The position numbers were made by a program, and so were the translations under genes. Below, one piece after another: positions 50,401 to 63,300 of a stretch of DNA of 64,000 nt (within the stretch, counting starts at the first letter, position 1; each line of letters opens with the position of its first letter). This DNA comes from Takakia lepidozioides (taxonomy: Eukaryota; Plantae; Bryophyta). The notes beneath the pieces were generated by a model. That model was not told where the DNA came from and did no database searches. It was given only the letters and a program-made list of their open reading frames with translations. Location of the stretch: the NCBI GenBank assembly GCA_030704615.1, contig CM060734.1, positions 10,168,001 to 10,232,000 of the forward strand, in the 5' to 3' direction.

Positions 50401-51599
50401 GCTTGCCACAATGCCCACACTGCAACTGTGCAGGCTGTGCATGTGCCGGCCCTTTGCCTCCCTCTGGGCAATCCTTCTTGACATGGGGTCCTCCACATGT
50501 CCAGCACACCACATCCGCCCGTTGTTGGCCAGCAAATGAAGGGAGAGACCCCTGCATCTGAGGTCCTCTCTGCCCTTCCCTGAGCTTCACCTGAGCCCTC
50601 TTGTTGCCTTGAGCACGTTGAGGTAGTGGTTGGCTAGGAGCACCACTACCCCGTAGTGTCTCCTTAGCAAATCCCACCGTGACCACTCGTTCTCCGCTCT
50701 GCCAGCAAAAACACATTTGCTAAGGTGGGTTGGGCCGCTTGTAGGAGAGTTGTATCCCGCACCCTTCTCCTCAGCTCCTTGTCCAATATCCCATACCAGA
50801 ATTGGACTGCCTGAGCTTCCGTAACCCCTTGGGTTACATTTATCAAGCGCCTCATGTGAGTGAAAGCCTCCCTCAAGCTCTCGGTCGGCTTCCATTGGAA
50901 CTCTTGCAAGCTCCGCAACTTCTCTGTCCTCACCCCTTGGTAGTTCCTTCTCAACTCTTTGAAGAACTCCACAACAGGGTTGAAGGCAGGCACGGGTGCT
51001 AGTGCTGGTGCGGTAGTGGACGTCGTAGCTACTGTACCACCAGTCCCACTGCTACTTGCTGAAGCTGCCAATGCAGCGGCAGGTGCAGCCACTGCCCTCA
51101 TGGCTCTAGTGCCCCTAGTGATGGAGACATAGTCGGGTGACCAGTACATCCTCCACTCCTCGATCCCAACTTCATGCCCCCACCTGAACTCATGGTAATC
51201 ATCCATAGGTGGCCCCTCAAGGTGCTGAAACAGCCCCTTCCATGCCATGAAAGGCGTAAATAGTTGTGGATTGCGCATTTGCTGCAAATCACACCAACTA
51301 TCAAACTCTTGGATAAAATCATCCAACTCGATGGTGCCCACCGCCCCAGAGTACCTTCGTGGCCCCTTGGTAGCTCCATACATCTCCTCCATTGTGTCCC
51401 ACAACAATGGCAAAGAAACAACTTGCACCGCCGGTATGAGTCCTCCTGATTCACAATCCGAATCAGAACCTTCCGTAGAAGACACAGGAGGTGAAGGTGG
51501 CCTAAACCGCACACCTCGTCTCGTGTACCCACTAGTATCGCTAGTGCTCGAACCGGCACTGTCCCCAGCAACTAGTGGCACCTCCGTGTTGACACTCAA
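47465..51599 (-). pseudogene. ORF1 of copy 2: Gag-PR-C5 methyltransferase, with a deletion/frameshift near 50695 and CAG>TAG at 48851-48853
   Basis: CWTCGGPHVKKDC and CGHCGKHGHGEAQC knuckles; VLLDSGAQPL protease; methyltransferase motifs I-X in one frame (about 47775-48700). Confidence 0.92.
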
Positions 51600-52103
51600 C
51601 CGGTCATGAACATGTCCCTAACCCCCTCTCCATAAGGTAATCGGGTAGAGACGGCTTATGGTTTGGAATACTAAGTTCCTAACATAGCCTACACCTGTAC
51701 CTGCATCCACCGCAAGCACTCCTATGGTTGGTTGGTCATCACCTCCAACCTCACCACAGGAGAAACAATGATGGTCTGGCTGGTCATCACCCCAGCCTCA
51801 CCATCGACAGCATGCTCTAGGACTGGCCGGTGATCAAATCCGGACCAATCACCTATAAAAACAAGCGCCCACACAAAACTAGCATGGCACACAGTCAAGC
51901 ATGCAGGTATGGAGGGGATCCAAACACAAGAAATCAGAACGACAACTCCCCCACCAAAAACAACTCCCCGGTGTTGCTCCAGCAATGACACCCCAGCCCA
52001 AACCCGGACTGACTCTTGCCTCCACCTACGGAAAGGTCTTGGCCTAATGAGAGGGTAGAAACTACGAGGAAGAGAAGCTAAAGCAATGCCTAACCCCAGC
52101 AGC

Positions 52104-52580
52104 TCGCCACAGCCCCTCACAGCCCCAAAGGCCTCAGGCACGGCCTAACACAGCCCCTCACAGCCCGTCACAGCCCCAAGGCCTCAGGCATGGCTTGTCA
52201 CAGCCCCACACAGCCCCAAAGGCCACGGGCACAGCCCGTCACAGCCCCACAGGCCACTGGGCACAGCCTGTCACAGCCCCGCACAGCCCATCACAGCCCA
52301 CAGGCCACTGGGCATAGCCCGTCACAGCCCCACAGGGCACTGGGCACAGCCTGTCACAGCCCCTCACAGCCCCTCACAGCCCCAAAGGCCTCAGGCACGG
52401 CCTGACACAGCCCCTCACAGCCCCAAAGGCCTCAGGTACGGCCTGTCACAGCCCCTCACAGCCCCTCACAGCCCCAAAGGCCTCAGGCACGGCCTGACAC
52501 AGCCCGTCACAGCCCCAAAAGGCCACCGGCATAGCCCGTCACAGCCCCCAAGGCCACAGGGACAGCCCGTCACAGCCCCA
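52104..52580 (-). repeat. TCACAGCCC tandem array in the 5' UTR of copy 2
   Basis: Same units as 571-1250 with different copy number. Confidence 0.9.
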
Positions 52581-54644
52581 TCCATGGCCGCTCTGGCAGT
52601 TTAGCCATTTCTCCAAGGGGTTTAGCCACGCCAAGCTAGGGTTTGTGTCTCTTGGACTCTAGGCTTCTTTGCACCGAGCTATGGCGGCTGTGAAAAAATC
52701 AGCAAGGTATTCTTGCTCTTTCGGCTCCCACACACCACCAATAGTAGCCCTAAGCCATGAGGAAGATGGTTGCCACAAATCAAGCCTTCTTTCTCACTTA
52801 GACTCCCCAAACACGCCACTAAACTCAATGGCAAACAACCAAGCCTTGCTGGTTTCCAGCCCTTGTGAGCACTCATTCAAGCTTTTCCCTTGGCCATAGC
52901 ATTTGTCTTAGAGCCTATTCCAGCCCCCTACACTTGCCACTTCAAGAGCCATGCTCTATCTAGGCTTGAGGTTGAAACCCCAACTCAGAACACGCTCTAC
53001 AAGTGTTGGACTGTCACATAAGAGCAGATCAGCCCCTTACCTTCTCTTCTAGTTCTCTAAAGCTTGAAAACAAAAGCCCAATGGACTGAAGGCATGCTCC
53101 ACACATGCCCCACTCTCACCACCAGAGAATCAGCCCCTTTGCTTTCTTTCTTGCACCCACCGACCTGAAAATACACGCTTCAGCGGGCTGGAAGCATGCT
53201 CCACACATGCCCTGCAGGGAAACCAGCCCCTTCCTTCCTTTCTTGCACTCCCAAACCTGAAAGTACAAGCCTTCAACAGGCTGAAAGCATGCTCCACACA
53301 TGCATTGCTCTCACATAAGGGAAGTCAACCCTTCCCTCTTCCTTGCTTGCCCTCCAAGCTTGAAGATGGAAGCTTCAATGAGCTGAATACATGCTCCACA
53401 CATGCAACCTCTTCAAGCTCCTAAAACCCTAAGGCTTACATTTCCAGCCACAAAACACTCCTCTTGTGGTGCAAGAGCTCTTCTTCCAAGCTCTGAAACC
53501 CTAGGTGCACATTCCATGGCCTTGCCGCACCTCTTAGCTCCTGTTCCAGCCCTGCTCTTGCCATGACAAGAGCCCTCTCAATGCTGAAGCTCGAGATTGA
53601 AACCCAATCTCAACATACTCCACAAAGTGCACTGATTTGCCCCAAGTCAAATCAGCCCTTTCGCTTGGTCTTGCAATCCTGCAGCATGGTGCTTTCATCT
53701 CTGAAGCTGAAGATCGAATGCCAAGGTCTACCACCTCGTAACCCACATCGCCTCCGCTTCTAACAACCAAGAGCTCCACGGTGCTCCTTGCATGGTTTCT
53801 CTCATTCTCAAGCAAAAACTACAAGTGCTACAACTAACTCGTATCTGGCACTCACAGATACGAGCTCATCTTTCTCGAGTGATAATAAAGAAGAAGAATA
53901 CAAGCACGAGCTCACAAATCTGAAGCATAAACTCATGCATATATAACCTCATCACTCAAATACAAGTCAAGCCAAGTGCACCCCACGCCATGGGGAATCC
54001 ACACTACGGCGCCATAGCTAGGCGCGGTGAGGCTCAACTCGAGAAAGATGAGCCTCCCGCGCTTGCCGTGAAGATAACCACTCCAGGGCCTAAATTTGCC
54101 TTGACCCCTGGATTGACACTTGGGCCAATCCCAAATGTCAATATGTAAAAGCTAGCTATTTCCTAGCTAGTTTCACACTAGTGGTAAAATAACTTGACAG
54201 TATCTTCTTGAACTCTAGGCTTCCTTGCACCGAACTATGGCGGCTGTGAAGAAATCAGCAATGTATTCTTGCTCTCTTTGGCTCCCATACACCATCAATA
54301 GTAGCTCTAAGTCATGAGGAAGATGCTTGCCACAAACCAAGCCCTCTTTCTCATTTAAACTCCCCGAACACGCCACTCAAGACCGTGACAAGCAACCATG
54401 CCTTGCTGGTTTCCAGCCCTTGTAAGCACTAATTCATGCGCTCTCCTTGGCCATAACATGTATCTTAGAGCCTATTCTAGCCCCCTACACCTGCCACTTC
54501 AAGACCCATGCTCTGTCTAGGCTTGAAGTTGAAACCCCAACTCAAAACATGCTCTACAAGTGTTGGTCTGTCACATAAGAGCAAATCAGCCCCTTACCTT
54601 CCGTTCTAGCTCTCCAAAGCTTAAAGATAGAAGCTTCAATGGGC

Positions 54645-54832
54645 TGAATGCATGCTCTACACATGCATCCCCTTCACACAGGAGGTATCAGCCCCCTATC
54701 TTGGCTGAATGCATGCTCCACACATGCATCCCCTTCACACAAGAGGTAATATCAGCCCCCTATCTTGGCTGAATGCATGCTCCACACATGCATCCCTTCA
54801 CACAAGAGGTAATATCAGCCCCCTATCTTGGC
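54645..54832. repeat. Three tandem copies of a unit of about 62 bp
   Basis: tgaatgcatgctccacacatgcatccccttcacacaagagg..atcagccccctatcttggc, three times. Confidence 0.9.
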
Positions 54833-57139
54833 TCCTTGATGCTCTCTGAAACAAGACTAAGCACTCCACAGCCTTTGTAAGCTCCTGAAACCCTAAGGTT
54901 TATATTTCTAGCCACAAGACACTCCTCTTGTGATGCAAGAGCTCTTCTTCCAAGCTCTGAAACCCTAGGTGCACATTCCATGGCCTTGCCGCACCTCTTA
55001 GCTCCTGTTCTAGCCCTACTCTTGCCATGGCACGAGCCCTCTCAATGTTGAAGCTCGAGATTGAAACCCAATCTCAACATACTCCACAAAGTGCACTGAT
55101 TTGCCCAAAGCCAAATCAGCCCTCTCGCTTGGTCTTTTAATCCTTCGCACAATGAAGCTCGCATTCCCAAGGCCAGTTCTCAGCTTTGCCACCAGAGCCA
55201 CTATAACCTGCTCTAGACTGATCATCTTCCCAATTGTGCTTGCTCATGCATGTATACAATCTGAAGTTCCATCAAGGTGCTCTAGAATTACCTGCAGCAC
55301 GGTGATTCATCTCTGAAGCTGAAGATCGAATGCCAAGGTCCACCATACTCGTAACCAGCATCGCCTCCGCTTCTAACAACCAAGAGCTCCACGGTACTCC
55401 TTGCATAACAACCTGGTTTCTCTCATTTTCAAGCAAAAGCCACAAGTGCTACAACTAACTCGTATCTGGCACTCACAGATACGAGCTCATCTGTCTCGAT
55501 TGATAAATAAGAAGAATACAAGCTTTCTCGAGCTCACAAACTTTGCACATAAAATCGTCACTCATATAAAGTCAAGCCAAGTACACCCCATGCTATGGGG
55601 AATCCATACTACGGCGCCATAGCTAGGCGCGGTGAGGCTCAACTCGAGAAAGATGAGCCTCCCCGCGCTTGCCGTGAAGATAACCACTCCATGGCCCAAA
55701 TCTGCCTTGATCCCTGGATTGACACTTGGGCCAGTCACAAATGTCAATATGTAAAAGTTAGCTATTTTCTAGCTAGTTTCACACTAGTGGTGAAATAACC
55801 TGACAACTTGTATGTTAAAGAGGTTGAGAGCTAGGAGAATTTAGCTCTTGTATCACAAGGCTTGCAAAGAAAGATACTTGTAGTATTACACCAAGGTGTT
55901 CGAGAGTTCATGAATGAGCTTGTTTGCCACAAGATTTTCAAGGATTGCAAGAGGGAAGTCTTGTGTGTGTGGAAGCATGGATTCTAGGGTTTGAGAATCT
56001 TTTCTATGCATTATGGAGTCAATGGTGTATGCCATGACTTGTGGAGAGCGACTAAATGATTGTTGGTGCTCATTTCACTAGCAATCTAGGGTTAAACAAG
56101 CTCAAATGTGGATGTTGTGGAAGAGAAGCCAAGGAGCTACATAGGCTTGGGCTTGAAGACAACAAGGGCAAGCACATGGAGAGCATTAGGAAGCTCAAGA
56201 GGTTTGAAGGGGAGCATGTGAAGAATTCTTCCAATCATGGTGGTGTGGAGCCAAGCTTAGGGCATTGGAAGGGCTTGGAGAAGAACTTGTGGGAAGTCCT
56301 TGAAGAGAGATCATCATTCAAGGTATTCATAGCTTCACCTTAATTATATAATGTGACAAGAGGGGGAGGCAATGCCCAGCTATTCATGCTCCTAGTAGTG
56401 TGAGCTTTGTGGTGGATTGCTCTAGGTGAAGCAAGTGGTTGATCAAGCAAATGGTGCATGTGTGGAGCATGTTTTCCAAGTGTGGCTTCCAACTTCAAGC
56501 TTGAGAAGAGCTAGAAGGTGAAGGGAGCAAGTTGATTCCCTTGTGTATGAGGTGATGCATGTTTGGAGCATGCTTTTGGCTTGAGCTTTGCAATTTCAAA
56601 GCTTGAGAAGAGTGGCTCTTGAGCTAGCAAGTGAAGGGAGCTTGAATGATCAAGGCTTGAGAGGAAACAAGGCTTGGTGGCTTGCCAAAGGAGGTATAAG
56701 CTTGATTTTGAGTTCCAATGAGTGATGGAGCTTGTTGTGTGGCCAATGCATTGCTAGTTGAGTTGGAGACAAGCTTGAGTAGCTTGAAGTGAAGAAGATC
56801 TAGGGAATTTGCCTTGGTATCCCATAGAATTCATGGATGCTTGAGGGGATTAAGCATAGAGCTCCAAGGAGCACAAACCCTAGCTTGGTAAGGCTAAACC
56901 TCAAGGAAATAGAGGGGGAAGTGATTAAAGCTTAGGGGGAAATGGCTAAACCCTAGGGGGAAATGAACTACTCTATGAGGCGAAAATGGCTATTGCCAGG
57001 GGGAAATGGCTATTCCTAAGGAGAATACAAGGGGAATACAAGGAAAATACATATAGGCCCAGGAAAATATTGGGGAATATTATGGCATATTCTCAGGAAT
57101 ATTCTTATGAAACTTTGGGAACCTATTGGGAACATAGTG

Positions 57140-57320
57140 AGTCCTTGGAGGACTGTTTTGGGGTCCTTGGAGGGTTATTTGGAGGACAATTGGGAGTCCT
57201 TGGAGGACTGTTTAGGGTCATTGGAGGACTATTTGGAGGACTATTGGGAGTCCGTGGAGGACTGTTTGGGGTCCTTGGAGGACTATTCGGGGTCCTTGGA
57301 TGACTCTTTGGAGGACTATT
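57140..57320. repeat. Tandem GTCCTTGGAGGACT(G/A)TTT repeats
   Basis: Repeated 12- and 21-nt units directly before the RT fragment. Confidence 0.85.
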
Positions 57321-60300
57321 TTCTGTGCGAACTCAGGGGTACTTCTGGGACACATTGTGTGTAAGAAAGGATTACTTGTGGACCCTAGAAAGACAGAGGC
57401 TATTAAAGCCTCACCACCACCAGGAAGTGTTAAGAGTCTAAGGAGATTCCTTGGACAAACCAGCTATTATAGAAGGTTTGTCCGACGGTATGCACAGATG
57501 GCGACACCATTGAGCAAGCTTTTGAAGAATGATGCAGTGTTTGCATTGACAGCTGAATGCCAACAGACATTTGAGGAACTTACATTGTCAGTAACAACTA
57601 CACCTGTGCTGATTAACCCACATTGGCATGTAGTATTTCATGTATACTGTGATGCCTCAGGAGAAGCATTGGGAGCTGTGTTAGCCCAAAATATCACAAG
57701 AAACATAGATTCACCTGTGTACTATGCTAGCAAATTATTGAACAGTGCTGAAAGGAACTATATAGCACCATTGAAAGAGAAGCATTGGCAATGATTTATG
57801 CAGTCAAGAAATTCAGGCATTACCTATTGGGAAGGAAGTTTATGTTTTATGTGGACCATCAGGCTCTGATTTATCTGGTGAACAAGCCTTTGATAAGTGG
57901 CAGGATAGCAAGATGGTTAATAATCTTGCACGAGTTTGAATTCGAAGTTGTTTACAAGCCTGGCCGTTTGCATCTTGTGGCAGATCACTTGTCACGCCTA
58001 TCAACAGGAGAGCCCGCCACGGGAGTAGACGACCAACTACCTGATGCGAGTCTATTTGCAGTGGAGGTGCAAGGAAGTGCAGATGATTGGTTAGATTGGC
58101 AGTGACTAATCAGATACTACCTTACTCATGGTCAGTGCCCACCTACTTATGGGAAGGAACAGAGGAAAAGAATAGCTATCAAGGCTTTACCTTACACTAT
58201 GATAGGCAACAGAATGTATAAGCTAGGACCTGATGGAGTTCTGAAACGATGCTTGCACCACCATGAAGTAAATAAAGTTTTGGAGGAAGTTCATAAGGGA
58301 GTGGCTGGAGGTCATTTTGGAGAGGAGACTACCAGTAGGAAGATGCTACTTGCAGGTTACAGGTGGCCTACTTTGTTCAAGGATGTACACAAGTATTGCA
58401 AGAGTTGTGATGAGTGTCAGAGGCTAGGACCATTGCAGAGATCTGGAAAGATGGCTTTGCATCCTACGATGCCTACTGACCATTTCAGAAGTGGGGACTA
58501 GACTTTGTTGGACCAATAAACCCACCAGCCAGAAATACACAGAACAAGTATATAATCACAGCCACTGATTATACTACAAAGTGGGTAGAAGCTAAGGCTT
58601 TGAGGGACAACACAGCTAAGTCTACAGCAAGGTTCATGTATGAGAACATACTCACAAGATTTGGTTGTCCCCTGGAATTTATTAGTGACCAGGGAAGTCA
58701 CTTCATTAACGAGACTATAGAACTATTGACTAAAGAGTTCATGATTGTGCACAGGAAGAGTACAACCTATTACCCACAGGGTAATGGGCAGGCAGAGGCC
58801 ACAAACAAAATATTATGCACTATCTTGGCTAAGATAGTCAATGCCAACAGAACAGATTGGGATACAAAGCTACTGACAGCTTTGTGGTCATACAAAACTT
58901 CACATAAAGTCACAACCAAGTATACACCATTCCAATTAGTTTATGGTATGGAAGCTTTACTTCCAGTGGAATTCTTGTTACCTACCATGAGAATTGAATG
59001 GGGAAGGAGAATGGAATTGGAAGATTCAATTAAAGTCAAGAAACATGAATTATATTATGTGGAAGAAGTACGTGCTAATGCAGCAGATAACATGACCAGA
59101 ATTCAGATGAAGAGGAAGGATCAATTTGATGAAGGTAAACTGAAAACTTTTAAGACGGGTGATTTGGTTCTGTGGTTGCAGAAGAAGGGAAAGATTAAAG
59201 TTTCTAAGCTTAAGTCACCATGGAAAGGACCTTATGTCATACAGAAGATGTATGATAACAACACAGCCATGTTACAAACCATTAACAAAGAGATGCTGGG
59301 AAGAGTCAATGCCAATAAGTTGAAGGGATACAGTGGTATCCATGATAAACCATTGCAGCATGATTTGCATATTGAAACACATAAACAGTCACAGGCTGCA
59401 CCGGTGATATCAACGGAGCATGAAGTACGTGTCGTAAAGCCGAATGTGTATGGCCTGAGTGGAGAACACGGGTGTTCGCACAGTTATCACAGCCCATCAC
59501 AGCATCACACAAACTATCACAGTTTACCACAGTTTGTCACAGCCTGTCACAGCCCAACACAGCCTGCGCGGGTTGCACAGTCCATAGGATCAGTGACAGG
59601 TGGACGCGGGTTAACGTCAGAAAAGTGGCCGGCAAGTGAAAGGACAGCTTGGAAGTCAAACTCGGAGAATGTGCCACGCGGACAGGGGAAGACGAGAGCA
59701 TGTTTAAAATCGAACACGTGGCCACTAGGGCGAAGCACACCGCGGTGCATATATTGCAAAAGTGGGCGTCATCATGCAAGATGACAAACTGGGCCGTCAA
59801 AGTACCTACACGGTACATCAGCCAAAACTAATTGTGGGCCCATTAATGCATTAACGGAACCCTTTACGTATACAGCAAAGGGGGACCTTTGCCACATGTG
59901 CTGTCCTAGTGGACATTCTAGGTGGGAATGTCCACTGAAGGGGGTAAAATTAAGAAGTTACCCAAGAAGGCAACAGCCAATCAGGAGCGAGAATTTCATG
60001 CAGGTGGTTCCCTCCAAGAAACAAGAACAAGAAATTAGAAGAGTTATGAGCGAAAGAGTCAGGGTGGCTCCGAATAACCAGCGTCTCGACGGGAGGGGCA
60101 ATCAAAGCTATAGCTTTGTAGCTATGGCGGATATTACAGACTACACATTAGCTTTACTTCTCACGCAGTGGTGCAAGGACGGACGGATTGAAAGAACATT
60201 CTCTCTCACCCACTATCTGCAAGCCCCACAGGCTTACACGCACTTACCCGTTCCTTTCTGTGCCAACCATACCTTTATGCTCTATGCCCTGCAAGCTTTC

Positions 60301-63300
60301 CTACAGCTGTTTCAAACAAGGCCTTCTTGTTTGTCTGGAATGAAGAGAGTTAGGGGAATGGAGGATATCAGGATGAAGAGCACCACGATTCTGCAGAAGC
60401 AAACAATTGCTACACCACAGGCAGTGCAGCTGCTGAAGGAGTTGCGATTGGAAGGGCTGCTACGCAATGACTGGTCCTTGCATCATCGGAAGTATATGAT
60501 TCAATTTATTCAGAACTTTGAGCCTCGGACAGGAGTTACCCAGGTGCGGAGAGTAGATATAGAAATTACTCCCCAGTATTTGCAGCAATTGTTCGATTTG
60601 CCATCGGGTCATGTGGATGTGGATGAGCACAGGGCAAGATTGCAGATAGGGAATTTGTTCCAAGAAGGGAGTTTCTTTAAGACTCAAAGATACACCTGCA
60701 CCAAGGCCAAGTACCCAGGGCTAAGAGAAGTTGGCCAAATACTGAACGTTCTGTTTGCCATGAAACAGAACCAACAGTAATTGAGCAGATCATTCACGGA
60801 GGAGATACTCAAAGCTTTGAAGGGAGAGGATGTAGCTTGGGCGGAGTTGATGTACAATGGTCTGGTGGAAGAGATGAAGCGGTTACAGGGCATTGTTGCT
60901 AAGTCTCCGATCATAGTGTCTGGCCCAATAATTGCGCAAATTATCCTTGATTCTTGCATACTTGATGCGCGAGAACGTAAGGAGATGGGAGTGTTTGAGA
61001 CAGCAACCACTGTAATTGAGGAGCAGGGCTCTTCACATGGTGAAAGTGGATTGGAGGGGCGGCACCAGTCCAAGAGACAAAAGAGGGATACGACTGTGGC
61101 AGATCCACTAGCTTCAAAGAAACCACAAGATGATGTTTCCATAGCGCTTGTGTAGGATGAAGAGCAGCAGCACAGGGGGCTGTTATTGCTGGAAGCACGG
61201 CCTTTGGAGAGGGAGGAAGAAGTCACCTCAGTACCACAGCCACCACAGCCAGTTGACTCAATTGTTCCGGGGGTCACTCAGTTAGTACATGCTGTTACAC
61301 CCGAGCCTATTGCTATGGAAGGAGAAGGGTTGGACATTCCCACTACAGAGCAAGTAGTGGCAGAAATTGAGAAGGGTGACCTTCTCTATGAAAACTCTGG
61401 CTTGGACAAGGAACCAGTAGTACCAAAGATGCAGAGTTTGACCAAGGAAATCCCTGTTGTGCATGTGATGCCCGAACCTGTGGAGGAGGTTCCAGGGGTA
61501 GAATGTAAGGGCACTGCAGCACCTGTGGAGAATGAGGTCGTTCAGGAAGAAGATCTTGTGGGAACATGGCCTGAATGGTTGGTGAAACATCACACTGTGG
61601 AAAATCAGGGGGACCATCAACAAGTTTCCCATGAAGACCCACAACAGGCCATGCTTATGAGTTCCATAAGCAGGACACTCAATTTGTTGGGCACTTATGT
61701 GAAATCTCATGTTCCATCCACACAATTGGCAGCTTTGAGGGAGGAACTCAAGCAGGAATTTGAGGCTAGAATTGCCACCAAGTGTGCAAACAAGGTGGAT
61801 ATGGAGGTCAACCTCAAGTTGCAGAAAGAATTGGAGGACACGAAGGCTGCCCTGCAGCTAGCAAAGGGGAATCTGATTGAAGCGGGTCTACAGCAAGAGA
61901 AGTTGCATGAAGCACATAAGCAACAGCTATACCAATTGCAGGTGAAGCATGAGGGCAAGTTGCAACGTGCTCCATATAGAGTTGGAGGCAGTTCATCAGA
62001 AAATGACCATCCAATGTGCCACACTGACAACCGCTCTGGACAAACGACATTAGAATTTAACAAACAAGCAAAGAGGTGTATGATGGCAGAGGCTGAGACA
62101 GTAGAGCAAGAGAAACTCATTGCTGATTTGAGGGCTATAATCTGTCGCAATGAGGTTACTTTCTAACAAAACAGTCAGGTTGAGGCTGAGATTGAAAGGT
62201 ACATCCTGAAGTTGCAGCAAACACTCGCGGGCCAAAAGAATGAACTCTCTGTGGCTAACAAGGCTTGGAAGGAAGCCAATAATTTGGTTGCTGCCTATGC
62301 GGCCCTGGTTGAACCTCATGCGAAGCGCATGGAGGCTTTACAGCAACAGTTAGATGTGTACAGACTCAAGGAGGAACAGGCTCTCAGGGGTGCTACACAG
62401 GACTTGGTGGATAATCATCTTATGCAAGTATGGTTAACACAAGGGCCGGTGGAAGGGAAGGCACCACGAAAGCTCACTCAGAGGGAGATGAATGATTTCA
62501 GGTTGCAGGTGCAGAACATTGCCACAACTACTATAGACAATGTTTATAGTAGGATAGCGGAGTTAAAGGGCTGCAGACTCAAGTGGATGACCTGAGTTCC
62601 AATATTGACAAAAGAGTCTTTGTTCCCGAGGAGCAGCTGGTGGCTACTTATTTGCATGCCAGGACTCTGATTTTTCAGTCTTCTTCGCAGGAGGTGCAGG
62701 AGTTGCCGGTAGTAGGAGGGACAGTGGCGGCAATATCACAGCCCCCATAGCAGGTGGCTGTGCAGGTGGCTGACCCTGTTGATACCATGGCAAAGCCACA
62801 GTCTGAGGTTTGGGGGGATGCTGCTTTTAATCCACCTAGGACTCCTGCTGCACTGGAGTACAATCGGGCTATGATTATGCCCTTCAACCAAATTCCCATT
62901 GTGATGGATTTGGCTTGGAAGGAATTCAGTCCTCCACAGTCTTTGGCACATTATTACCAGATCATGCGCATTTGGTTGCCAGTGGCAACTCGGACTAAGG
63001 TTCTTCCGAACAATCGACCCATTGAGGATCATCATTTTGCAAGGTACTGGTCTGAGGCACGCACCATGTTGAAGGAATTAATTGCCTTCCAGGTTGTTCA
63101 TGGGTACATCTACATCAAGACCAAGGAAGTATCTAGTATTGTCATGGGCTGTGGATTCTACTATGCTACTTGTTTCATTGCACGTTATCACATTGAGCAG
63201 CAGAAGATGCAATCACAATTTCCGAGTTATTCCAGTGGGGATCATTGGGTCTTACCTTTAGTTCCACCCCATATGTATCTGTATGATGCAAAAGTCATGA

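Larger units (their letters stand above)
43883..54199 (-). mobile_element. DNMT/PHD-bearing Ty3/Gypsy retrotransposon, copy 2: A(53880-54199)-ORFs-PPT-B(43883-44070), 4-bp TSD GTAT
   Basis: GTAT at 43879-43882 and 54200-54203. The two termini are non-homologous (A versus B). The terminal base of B is mutated (CG for CA). Confidence 0.95.
43705..55805 (-). mobile_element. Older split-repeat family element (terminal A 55501-55805 plus 5' UTR), split by copy 2 into 54204-55805 and about 43705-43878
   Basis: A repeat ends ...CCTGACA at 55805. UTR is homologous to 52580-53880. The two parts rejoin across the GTAT TSD. Confidence 0.85.

Noticed and set aside
57140-57320. CRISPR-like appearance of short repeats (also 9480-9600 and 29800-29890)
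   Set aside because: No unique spacers or cas genes; eukaryotic TE context.
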